DNA from: Hydrurus foetidus
Lineage: Eukaryota
Reading direction: 5' to 3'
DNA length: 49,059 bases
Assembly: GCA_900617105.1 (NCBI GenBank)
Contig: UYFQ01000601.1
Location: 1-49,059, forward strand
Shown here: positions 10,791 through 21,599 of the stretch, in pieces
Position numbering within the stretch: the stretch's first letter is position 1
How the letters are laid out: each line of letters begins with the position of its first letter
Notes under the pieces: model-generated
What the model saw: the letters and a program-made list of their open reading frames with translations, nothing else
Told to the model about the DNA's origin: nothing
Database searches by the model: none
Program-made: the position numbers and the translations under genes

Positions 10791-12117
10791 TCAAACCGTT
10801 TGATTCAAAATGTACGGAGGCACGGCAGATTTATTTCCGTAAAATGCGACAGGTCGATTTATTTTCACGATTCCGTCTTTCAGTACAAGATCCAAAGCCC
10901 CGCCTGTTTTGTTGCGCATGTGGTGGATGTACTTTATCGCCCCGTCTTTGTTGAGAGAGGTGCTGGGAATGGACAGTGCGTACTCAACAGCTGACCCGTT
11001 ATACACCACTTTTGTCACTGTGTTGGTGTAACTCGCCTGTTATCGCACATGAAATTATTTGCATGAGATACTGCCAGGATGATGCAAAGAATTCATCAGG
11101 ATACAAAATATTCACATTTTCTTACTTTGGAGTAGTAATAATTCAACGAGCTATTGCTCATATCTAATAGCACAGGGAGAGGAATAAACTTATGCTCATC
11201 ATCCCAAGTATACTCACAGTCGTAAAAAAATCCTGCATCTATGAATCCCTGTCTAAGATAGGATTCCAACTTTTGCTCCGCGAACGGTCTGATCCCATTA
11301 ACTATCGCAGACGCTGTATTGTTCGTGTCTTTGTAGTACATGTCGGTAAGACGGGCCATTATTACGGTGCGGTAGCCTGCATTGATGTTCAGGTATAACA
11401 TAACAGTGAGAAGAGGTAAAAGATTTAAAATGATGACGTCACATTACCTTTAGGATCGGTGTCTGGGTCAGTCCTGCCGAGACTCATCGTCACAGGGTTC
11501 AGCACTTTATACCACGGTACATTGTCAGTCACAATTGAGCTCAGTTCTGCAGCAAAACGGGACTTAGTACTATAGGCTATCCCGAGCCTTGTGCTTGCCC
11601 AGTATGTGTACCACTCCACAACAGGCTCCGTTGAATTAGGAAGCTTCGCTTTGATAAGAGCTGCACTTATCTTTCCATCAGCACTAATAAACACATCTGC
11701 CACTTCTCCTTTCTTTAACTGTTTGGCAAGATTGCCACTTGTATCGGACACAGTCTTCACACCAATGTTGTATTTTGAAGTATACCCAGGATTTATCCAT
11801 AATGCCATGATGTTGTTTAATGAAGCTGCATGATAGACAGTGATGTTGCTGCTAACAGGAACTTTGGACGGTATGTAGTTGATTTTAGCTTTCACAGTCC
11901 TGCTGGCTAAGGCGAAATAGGTTGCAACAGCAACACCAACAGCTATTACTATCGTTGTTATCGAGCACAGTAACAATAAATTGACTGGTGCTTTTCTCGG
12001 CTCCATGACAACGCCTTCGACAGCATTACTCTCATCATATAAAACATTACCATATGCGATCGTGCCCTTCTCGTCAACGTTTGATGCGAGAGGGACATTC
12101 AATGCCGAAACGCTCAT
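10791..12117 (-). CDS. Molybdate/tungstate-binding protein (ModA/WtpA family) with an N-terminal TM helix. Exons 12117-11448, 11376-11126, 11036-10791; 388 aa.
   Basis: Motifs VYHAASL, SGNLAKQLKKGEVADVFISAD, LGRTDPDTDPKG^YR, DAGFFY, FIPLP..LDMS, YSK^ASYT and GSAVEYALSIP. Two GT-AG introns (71 and 89 bp) restore one open frame of 1167 nt. Confidence 0.88.
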
Positions 12118-12302
12118 CGTTCGTTATTTCAATAGCTCGATGATAGGTGACGGAAGGAATGAAAAGTAATGAGACGACACTGAGCCTGTGACGGACCACT
12201 GCAGCAGGGCAGTAGGCATTTGACGCCTCAATGAAAATATCTGTTGAAGGTATGTATATTATATTGTCGATCTGAGCACCAAGAGGAAAGTGAAGTGGAC
12301 AA

Positions 12303-12623
12303 TGTTGGGATTCCTCAACTTCCGGATGCTTTGTGGCGCGTGTGACCAGTGAGTGACCCAATGCTCGTAAAATAGGCTTGTATTGCGTAATTACTTGATA
12401 ATTAAACTTGTGCACCGGCATCAATCAAGACGGCAACGAAGCTTTACATATCAAGACAATTGCACGTTTCCATCCATGTTGAAGACAGACAAATGGGTGG
12501 CTCCATGAGCCCACACATCTAACGGTCAGCGGTACTCACCCTCAGGGCGCACACCGCTGTCCGTCAGGATCCATGCATACACTATACAACTACAGCAGTG
12601 TCTTTTCTCCGGATACTCCAACA
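12303..12623 (-). repeat. 3' LTR of Copia B
   Basis: TGTTGGGA...CTCCAACA. Differs from the 5' LTR mainly by a 4-bp indel near 12348. Confidence 0.95.
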
Positions 12624-12754
12624 CACCCAACAGGCACGCAGTAGTTGAAGCACCCAGGCACGCATCGGATCTTCATGTCAGCAATAGAATAAATGTGAAT
12701 TGATTTGCAAGCAGTAATATCTAACTAAATAATGTCGTGTGGTCTCGGGCGTCT

Positions 12755-15700
12755 TCATTTCTCTGCTTTGTCGGTAGCCCATCCTGTGAGCCCGTCTCTC
12801 TCTCTGCGGAACTGAGATCCTTGGAGCGGCTTTGTCAGCACGTTGGCGTACATGTCCTCGCTGCGCAGGTACTCCACCCGCACTTCTCCGGTGTCCACTC
12901 GCTCTTTGACCCAAAAGTATCGGATTTGTATGTGGCGTGTGCGCTCCGCTCCCGATCTGCCGCGTTCCACTAGCGCCATGCAGGACTGGTTGTCCTGGTA
13001 TATGATAACCGGCTCCATTTTGTAACCCTGCGCGATTAGAAATGTACGGATAAAAATGCTCTGATTGGTGGAATCAGATAAGCCGACCAGCTCAGCCTCT
13101 GTACTCGACTTTGTCACAATTAGCTGCTTCGATGATCTACAGTGCACCGCTCCGACGTCCCCAATCACCACGCAGCTCCCTGTGTGGGACCGTCCGTCGG
13201 TGTGCACCCTGTATGACGCATCCACAAAAAGCCGCACTACTATACCGCTGTCACCCGGTCGCAGCACTACGCCGCTGTCCCTTGTCGCGTGGATGTATCT
13301 CTCGAGTCGCTGGAGCTTGTCCACGTCATCTGCTGTGCACTTGTTCACCCGTGTGGACAGGAAAGCCACTGCGACTAGGCACTCTGGTTTAGTGCGCTTG
13401 GCCAGGTATAGGATCATGGCTACGACTTTGTGGAACCATACCCTCACTGGCTCCGCCACCGCTGCTGCATCCTCCCTAGTCTCGAGCAGTCCGTCTGTGG
13501 CGGGTGACCTCGCTGTCCCCTTCACCCCTGATGTTCTGACGATCTCGTCGCAATATCCCGTAGTTGTGATCATCGCCGTTCCTGGTATGCGCATATCTAT
13601 TGCCATGCCTAGATAATTTATAAGAGGTCCATGTGACAATTTAATCGAACCGTACCTCTTGCGCAGTCCGTCGACTAGGTGGGACATGGATCCCTTGCTG
13701 TTGCTTGTTATTAGCAAGTCGTCGACGTGTACTGCAACGGTGCACTGGTGCCCGTCCGGGCCCGTTCGGTTGAATACGCATCTATCACATATATTCCGTT
13801 TGTACCCCAATCCCAGCATGGTGGCGTACAGATTCTCGTACCACAGACCGGAGCTCTCGACGCACCCGTATAGTGCTTTTTTTCAGGTGTACCGTCACTC
13901 CGCCTCTTGCGTCTGTGTACTTACCGTACTTTGGGTCAATGTCTATGATGAGGTCAGTCATGGTGCGATCCAGTCGCATGTGTACTGGCACCTCCAGTGA
14001 CATGTCCGCGTTCAGGTACGCCCCGCTGATGTCGACTACTGCAACTCAGCGCTCCTCATGTGCTGCAACTGCCAGCAAGGTGAACACAGCGCTGGTCGAC
14101 ACGGTTGGAGATGATAAATCCTCGTATAAGCTCTTATCCTGTTGGTCGCCTCCTGCGACCAGTCTGGCCTTGAGCTTGTGAAAGCTCCCATCTGGGTTGT
14201 TCTTCTGCTTCAAGAACATGGAGGACCTGATTGTTGTTGCTCTCTGCATCGCTGACAACTTGCCTCCCATAACAGGCGCCCATACTCTCTTGTCTAACAT
14301 CTGCTTCAGCTCCGATACGATGACACTCTTGGCCTCGTCACCTCTCGTGCGGAGAGCCTCTCTAACACTGATGTTAGCGGTGTTGCTCTTGCTCAGTTCC
14401 TCCCGGTGGCGCTTCATCACTTCTTCCACGTGGTGCGTTGGTACTACTGTGCTCTTAGCTGCTTCTCCTTCGCCCGTTACGAATGCCCCCTCGTTGGTGT
14501 GAGACGACCGAGTCGTCATCCTCTCAGTCGGTGCTGGTACCCTGCGCTGCTCTCTTAGCGATGGGTGCAATGGTTGCACTGCTGGTTCTGTGTCAGGTAC
14601 GAGTGCATCGCCGGAAATGTCGCTTGGGATTGTCGGTTCGTACAGGGGTGTTGGTGGTGGTGATGGTGTAGGCACGTTCCGTTCGTGCACCCCGACTGTC
14701 TCGTATTCCGAAATTCTCATTTCGTCTTGAGCTACTGTCGTGTCGGCTGATACTGGCACCCCCCCCCCACATCAGGGAGGGTAGTCTCAAGGATGATGTC
14801 GGCAGAGGGTAGGTCGGTGAGGGTTGGTTGATTGTACACCGCTACTTCGTCGACAGGTGCATCCTGAGTGGGGGGGTTGGTAATGAAGGTTGGCAGGTTA
14901 GATTTGTCGAGGCTGTTGGCAAAGAGCAATTCGTCAAACACATGTAGTTTGGTTTGGGTGATTTTCTTCCCTTCTCTAAGCGCCATGGCGTTCAAAGTCA
15001 TAATGACTGACTGAGGCATCGGCAGTATCTTGAACTGGTCCCGGGTGACGATCTTGCCGGTTGCAAGCGAAAGCATCTTGAATGATCCAGTCCTGTTTTC
15101 TGTTGGCAGCATGACAATGCAATCTTCAGTACGCGATGTCATAGTATTGTCAGTCTTTGGTACTGTACAGACTGCATAATCCCCGAATGCGGCGCGGAAG
15201 TCCAGGTTCCCATCAACCCGCCGTCCTGAGAAGAGTTCCCTTGGGGAGAGACCCCCTGGCCTCGATCCTGACTGCTGGCAGTTGATACGCGAGACGCAGT
15301 ATAGGGCTCGGTAGGTTAAACATAATTCATTCGGAGTGAATGGCAATCTACCGCAGATGTGAGCACGTGCTCTCTCCTTCACCATCTGGATACGCCGCTC
15401 AATTCTTGCAACATGACCTCCTGCTGTGCTCACGTCCACCTCAATCCCTAGGGCCATCAAATCCACCCTCATTTTCCCGATGGCACCTTCTCCGTCGGAC
15501 ATGATGACATGCACTAGAAAGTTCCTAGATTTCAAGATGGATATCATCTCGCACAGTGCCGGCTTTACAACTGCCGCTGCACGCGAGGTCTTTGCAGTGT
15601 CGAGCCGGATGAGGCTCACGGCGAGTGTCATGTCCAGAGGGGTTGAGACTGCAATGAGTATCGCTGTTGACTCCAGGTACATGATGTCAACGCTCAGGAC

Positions 15701-17561
15701 TTGCTGCTGTTGTGCTGGTGCAGGTGTCAGAGAGATGTCCGCTGTAGGTGAGGGTTTCTTGTTGGTCTTGCCTCGTAGGCTGGCCAAGCATTTACCCCAG
15801 ATAGTGTGAGCGTTTCTGAAGTCGGCCTCCGAGACGCTGAAGTTATTCCCACCGCGTATCATCGCGATCGCCATCTCTACTGGCGGGTACCCCATACGAG
15901 CTAGCAGTTCCCTAGCAGCTGTGGCCGACGCGATCTCGCGTTTCGTGAACTTCCCCATGTTCTCACTGACCGTTGCTACCATAGCCTGTTCGGTGTATTG
16001 ACGCGGTAGCTTCTGACCGGCCATACCTCTCACGTCGCACACATAGAATCGACCCGTTGAGCCTGGCAGGTTCTGCCTGCTGAAGCTGTATGCCGCTCTA
16101 CTGCCTGCCGGTCGCAGGATGAAGCATCCATTCTCCTAATTGTAGCTAAGGTCAGCGCCTCTATCCGCCATAGCTGCGAACGACAGTATGTTAGCCGTAG
16201 CCCCGGGGCTGTAGTAGACAGGCCCGATCTCACTGAAGTCACCTTCTTGGTCGACTCTGACACTCTCTGCTTCTCGTTGAACTCCGTTCAAGAGAATTGA
16301 CTGCTGTGATTTCCGGATATCTGTCAGGAGGCTCGCATTGCAAAATATGCTGACAGATGCCTGGTTGTCCAGTAGTACGTGGCTTCGAGTGAAGAGAACG
16401 GCTTCGTTCGTAGTGACGAAGGCCGCCTCGACACTCTCATCGTCGTCTTCGAGTTGGTCTTCTATAGCGGTGAGCAGCGCTTGCTCGCCGACCTTTCGTT
16501 CTTCGCAATCTTTCGCTTAGTGGCCAGTCTGTCCGCATACGAAGCAGATCACTGACGATGATTTCTTCTTCGATGCAGCTGTCTTGCCTGTCGATCCTTT
16601 TCCTGAGACTTTTCCCTTTGTTCTCGGCAAGGTGTCGGTGAGAAGTGCGGAATGTTGTTCGGCTCCGAGGGGGACACCCCCGCCGGCGTTCGTCCAAGAT
16701 GACGCTACCCTGTATGCTCCGGCTAAGGTGGAAGGGTAACTGTTTGGTAGGTTTTGTACAGCGTTATCCCGCATAAAAGTCAACATACCAGTATACCTTT
16801 TTGGATCTAACTTACTGAGGAAGTCGATAGCTCTTATCGGTTCTTCCACTTCAGTCATGCCAACACCCCTGTTGGCTAATACCTGGTTATCAAATCGCGT
16901 TTTGAAGTCGCCGATTACCTCACGTTCACCCTGTCTGAGGTAGTTGTACCTCAGTGTTTGTTCGTGGACGTTCACTGCTCTCATTGAGTCGTCTTCACCA
17001 TAAATGTGGGTTAGATGGCTTCTGCGGATGAACTCCCATAGTTGCACACTGTCGAGTCTAAGGCGGCATGCCTCAAAGCCTGGCTCCTCTCGAACCTTGG
17101 ACTTGGACCCACATCCTCGACCACATGAGTGGAAAAAGCTTTTGCTCGTCGATTTTCTGGGTCTCGACTGCCTTACGGCGTCCCTCAAACGCGCCAGCCC
17201 GCAGCTTGTCGATGAGCGCCTCAGAGTACACGACAGGAGCTTCTGGAGGAAGCTGTGGCCCGATCATGACATTTTCAGGGTCTACGGATTCGTCCTCATC
17301 TTCCTCCCCGTCTTCATTTATGATACCCGCTGTCGTGGTATCGGTATCCACCGTTTGAAAGGTGGGATTGTAATCCTCCTCGCGAGGGTACGGATGGACG
17401 TATCTCTTGTTGGTGCTGAAGAACATGCCGGTCATACCGTACAGGCCACATGCCTCGTTCTGCATGTCTTCCTTCCATTGCACCACGTTGTTTTGACGTC
17501 CGATCTTCAGCATGCAGTGCTCTGCACCTGATTTCGGTTCTTCTTGTTTCTTCGGCGGCAT
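12755..17561 (-). pseudogene. Copia B gag-pol polyprotein, broken by several frameshifts and stops
   Basis: Zinc knuckle CFVCGQTGH*AKDC, protease VLLDNQASVS (about 16345-16385), integrase LSVDIMY/MSDGE/HVARIER, RT KLKARLVAGG and VAVHVDDLL, RNase H FVDAS/KSSTEAE/QDNQS/LTKPLQG. Confidence 0.92.
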
Positions 17562-17578
17562 CTCTTATGCGCTGATCT

Positions 17579-17588
17579 AGTTTAATTA
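17579..17588 (-). promoter_or_regulatory. Non-tRNA primer-binding site candidate (TAATTAAACT), complementary to an LTR-internal sequence
   Basis: Abuts the 5' LTR and lacks TGG. 17579-17589 and 17680-17690 form a perfect 11-bp inverted repeat. Confidence 0.6.
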
Positions 17589-17905
17589 TGTTGGGATTCC
17601 TCAACTTCCGGATGCTTTGTGGCGCGTGTGACCGGTGACCCAATGCTCGTAAAATAGGCTTGTATTGCGTAATTACTTGATAATTAAACTTGTGCACCGG
17701 CATCAATCAAGACGGCAACGAAGCTTTACATATCAAGACAATTGCACGTTTCCATCCATGTTGAAGACAGACAAATGGGTGGCTCCATGAGCCCACACAT
17801 CTAACGGTCAGCGGTACTCACCCTCAGGGCGCACACCGCTGTCCGTCAGGATCCATGCATACACTATACAACTACAGCAGTGTCTTTTCTCCGGATACTC
17901 CAACA
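17589..17905 (-). repeat. 5' LTR of Copia B
   Basis: Matches 12303-12623. The gag ATG at 17561 follows on the minus strand. Confidence 0.95.
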
Positions 17906-18059
17906 GACAAGAGGGTTTCTCTTTTCTCTTTGTGTCGTCGTATGTCTCTCGATGTTCGATGATGTCTCTCTGATGTCTGATGGATTTTCGCGCACATGTC
18001 AACTTTTACAAACTTCTTCACTTCTTGATTTTTGTGGACCGAAGAAGTAAGAAGTCCTT

Positions 18060-18391
18060 TGTTGGGATTTCTCGAAGTCCGGATGCTGAGTGACTCGTGC
18101 AACCAGTGACCCAAGGCTCATAAAATAGACTTGTATTGTGTAATGACTCGATGATTAAACTTGAGCACCGGCATCAATCAAGACGGCAACGAAGCTTTAC
18201 TTATCTAGGCAAGTGCACATGTTCTATCCATGTTGAAGATAGATGAATGGAAGGCTCCACGAGCCCATGCAACCAACGGTTCACGGCCCGCACCCCCAGG
18301 ATGCACACCGCTCACCGTGAGAATCCACACATATACATATACAGTACTATCTAACGTGTATCTATACTACTATATCTGCTACTATACAACA
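18060..18391 (-). repeat. Isolated LTR of a subfamily related to Copia B
   Basis: TGTTGGGATTTCTC...TACAACA, sharing GCACCGGCATCAATCAAGACGGCAACGAAGCTTTAC with LTR B. Flanks TCCTT and GACGT do not match, so there is no TSD. Confidence 0.8.
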
Positions 18392-19197
18392 GACGTAACT
18401 ACGTTAGAGGTTAGTCTGACATTGTGATGGTCCAGGATTTAGTACCACATTCCTTCCCTCTCTAGTACCGTATAGCCGTTTGTACATGTGGCTGAGAGTC
18501 TTTCTGACATCTCGCAGCTTGTTGGCTTACCTTGCAACCTTTGCATGCAGAGTTTTACACCTCTGCAAGCTCACCCCCTCTCTTTCCGTTGTAAGACTAA
18601 AGTACCATTCTGCCTCTCCTAGCTTCTTTGGACCACAGTAGATCAACTCGTTCCGCCTTCACAGCTGTTTAGAAGGCAGAGTTATCAATCACAACGTCAA
18701 CGTTGGCTTCGAGCACCTGCTCTTCCAAAGCAGGATCCATGTCGGACACTTCATTGTGAAGCGGAGGTGGGCCGTCGCCAGTGATTTCCTCGCTGAAGTC
18801 ATCGTCGGCATCGGGTGAATCACCACCGGCGCCAGATCTTTTCCGCATCATTTCGGTCAGGGAATCGGGTAACTCGTCTTTGAAGTCTTCAATCTTCAAT
18901 CGCTACCATGTCAGTTGATCGGGGACGATTGCAGAGGTCGCATAAGGCCAGGAGCACAAGCGACCAGGCGAAGAAGTTTGGGAAATGAGTATCGAATATT
19001 CGTTAAGAATTAGAAACTAAACACATGCGAATTGAAAAGACGTTGCATGATGAACATTATTCTACCTGCCGCAAGTCAATGAGATCTCATTCGTCATCGA
19101 TTTCAGATTTGAATTTGAATTCGTAGATATAAGCCTACGTTGACGAACGACGAGATCTACTTCAAATTATACATCACATATAAAAGTTCTCGTACCC
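18392..19197 (-). mobile_element. LTR-element fragment C (probably Copia A-related): partial 5' LTR (18909-19197), iMet PBS (18897-18908) and degenerate gag start
   Basis: The minus strand reads ...CTGACA|TGGTAGCGATTG, followed by ORF 18669-18899. Truncated on both sides by other LTRs. Confidence 0.6.
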
Positions 19198-19405
19198 TGT
19201 GATAGTACCGGGTCCAGGGTCCCGATCCTACCGGGTACCGACTCTACCGGATCCTACCGGGTACTACTACTGTACACTACAGTGAGGCTGTCGTGGCATC
19301 GAGGCCATCTGCAGCGTCCACGTAGAAGTTAACTAGCTTCTAGCCTAGACTCCTGTAACTAAGCCTACCACTCCTCGACCCCTTTCTGCATCTCTCCCGA
19401 CCACA
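19198..19405 (+). repeat. Gypsy LTR (left), 208 bp
   Basis: TGTGATAG...GACCACA, highly similar to 28322-28530. Internal GATCCTACCGGGTAC repeats. Confidence 0.9.
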
Positions 19406-19414
19406 ATAGCGCTA

Positions 19415-19885
19415 CAGGCTGAAGACACCAAGAAAGGTAAAATTGAGTTGGCGCCGAATCCCAATTCGACGCCTGAATCGTTTTTGACGTTCAATGGCTC
19501 AAAAGAACCGAAATGAAATTCCGCACACGACCATGTCGATGCATTTTTCGTTTTTTCGTTTTTCTGAAAAATTTGGTCAACTGAAATTTGACGGGATTTT
19601 TGTAAATGCGAAAAAAATTGGGGAAATACAGAACTCGAAAATGCATTGGCATCAGACTGTAGACCACATCATACTGAAGCACGTCATATCTTCAGATTCG
19701 TCAGAAGAACAACCATCGTATTGGGATCGTGCTCCAGGATGTGATGCTTAGCCACCGCCTACAATCTATCATTTGAGTGCCCAAATCGAAAAGCTGAAAT
19801 TTTAAGATGTTTTTTTACCGAAAAAAAGGGGTTTAAGATTTTTTTTTCAAAACCGTATTTTACCTTTCTTGGTGTCATCAGCCCG
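19415..19885. mobile_element. Tc1/mariner-type MITE, 471 bp
   Basis: 29-bp TIRs C(A/G)GGCTGA(A/T)GACACCAAGAAAGGTAAAAT (2 mismatches). TA at 19413-19414 and 19886-19887. Confidence 0.88.
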
Positions 19886-21599
19886 TATTATCCTCGGGGA
19901 AATTTCTACTGCCTCTAATTCCCTCTACTCGTCCAAACTTTAGTTACAACTTCCAACAACTGAGTATTATTACTCACGACATCTTCGGAGTCGGAATTCT
20001 TGCTGAGCTACGCTCCAAGAACTTAGTTTTAAGTTAGCGAAAGTTGGGCTTAGCCTCTTTCCTCTTGGAACCCATTATTGGTGTCTCCAAAGTTCGTAGT
20101 TGGTTGAATTCGCGAAAGCCTTCACCACTCGACACTTTCAAACTCGTCGGTTTGCAATTTGAACATTGGATTCATTGCTAGCGACACCAAATTAGTCTGA
20201 GGACTTCTTTTGGTCGGTGGGAATTACTTCCTTCATCCTTTACGGACACCAAAATTTTTCATCACTCAAAATTTGGCTTCCACGCCAACAGATTTTCTCA
20301 ACAAGAGTTGGTTGAAATCGACTTATTCGTTGTTCCTAACGCTAAGGACCCTTTTAATCAACGAGGCGAAGCCCTTGCAATTTATTTTTGACGAGGGCCT
20401 TGTGTCTTCGATGAGTTAGAATCATATTTCTCCGAAGAGATATATCATTGTGTCAGCAGGTGATTTCTGCATGTCTTTTGACATAAGATACACAGAGAAT
20501 TCGGAGGCGGACACGATCGCCCCTCTGCATAATTGTCTCTCATATCCTAGAGAATCGCTTGCAACGATTACTCGATTAAAGCGATATCATCATGCAGAGT
20601 TATGGACTCAGCGCGACATCATAGTTTGCGACTGATTTTCATCAGTTTTTCACCTAAATAAGGTCAAAACCTCTCGCTAGATGCACCCCAGTCATGGTAA
20701 CATGAATCGCCCATTCAGAATCGCGCGCGTTAGTGAATTCTTGATGAATAAAAATAATATCTTAACAGATTCTACACCCATTGAATATTCGGGGTTCGAC
20801 TCCCGATGTGGGTGGGTCATCGTTTAGTATATTTGCAAAATAAGATGTTATTTTGCAGATTTTAAGATTCTTCTTCAGATTGTAATTTAAACAAATCAAC
20901 GTCAGAATTGACGATTGCACACAAACATTTTTTTTAATAAAAAATAAATAAAAAAAATGTAAAAGATATTTATCAGAGTATACTGCTGAGAACAAATTGC
21001 TAGGCAATATTCAAAAGGGGACAAGGCTTTGCCTCACAACCTTCGTTTTGGTGTTGCTTAAAGCTTAGTGCTGAAGCAAAACAAAACAATATTCCGCAGG
21101 AATACATTGAATTCAATAGGCTCTCGTACGTTCGATCCTGTTTATATGATTCAAAGATACAAATAAAAAAATAAAAAAGTTTGATCCGAGGAATCTTACG
21201 CAGCTTCATGATGGAAAATTGCTATGCAATATTCAAGAAGAAGTATAGGCTCTAGTACGCCATATCTATTGCCTTCCACCGTTGATTGTCACGACTCTCG
21301 AACAAACCAATGTGATATTCTAGGGAAATGATACATATGCATACATATATTTGTTCATATATATACATCAGGCTCTCGTTCGTTCGATCCTGCCCTTGAC
21401 TTCAACATTTCTTTAAATTTGGCCAAGGCCAAACTTCATTCTTATGAGGGTGAATGTCATACTATCCCGTTAACCTTGCGAGTTAATAGGAACACAGATA
21501 TCGAACTTTTGTTAAGTCGTATAACTGTAAATAATTATGATTTCATGTCATTGACACCTTTTACTTTAGTATCTCTCATGAGCTCTGTGCTGAGAACAA

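Larger units (their letters stand above)
1..13507. repeat. Copy 1 of a large direct segmental duplication (left end lies outside the window)
   Basis: Colinear near-identity with 35489-49059. ORF offsets grow from 35488 (168 vs 35656) to 35551-35552 (12117 vs 47668; 12755 vs 48307). Confidence 0.97.
12303..17905 (-). mobile_element. Full-length Ty1/Copia element B (5.6 kb), CoDi-like
   Basis: Near-identical TG...CA LTRs at 12303-12623 and 17589-17905. 5-bp TSD GACAA at 12298-12302 and 17906-17910. Domain order gag-PR-IN-RT-RH. Confidence 0.96.

Noticed and set aside
10791..12117. Bacterial contamination as the source of the ModA-like gene
   Set aside because: Two spliceosomal introns are needed to restore conserved motifs, there are no operon partners, and the gene is flanked by eukaryotic transposons.
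12074..12424. 116-aa ORF from the LTR into the ModA upstream region as an extra exon
   Set aside because: It is in a different frame from the ModA-like CDS, and an indel shortens it in copy 2.
13870..14770. Programmed frameshifts in Copia B pol
   Set aside because: At least two breaks fall in homopolymer runs (T-run at about 13878, C-run at about 14760) and there are several in total, so mutation or sequencing error is more likely.
13065..17531. Plus-strand ORFs antisense to Copia B (e.g. 13065-13616, 17004-17531) and similar short ORFs elsewhere
   Set aside because: Shadow frames of GC-rich coding sequence with no recognisable motifs.
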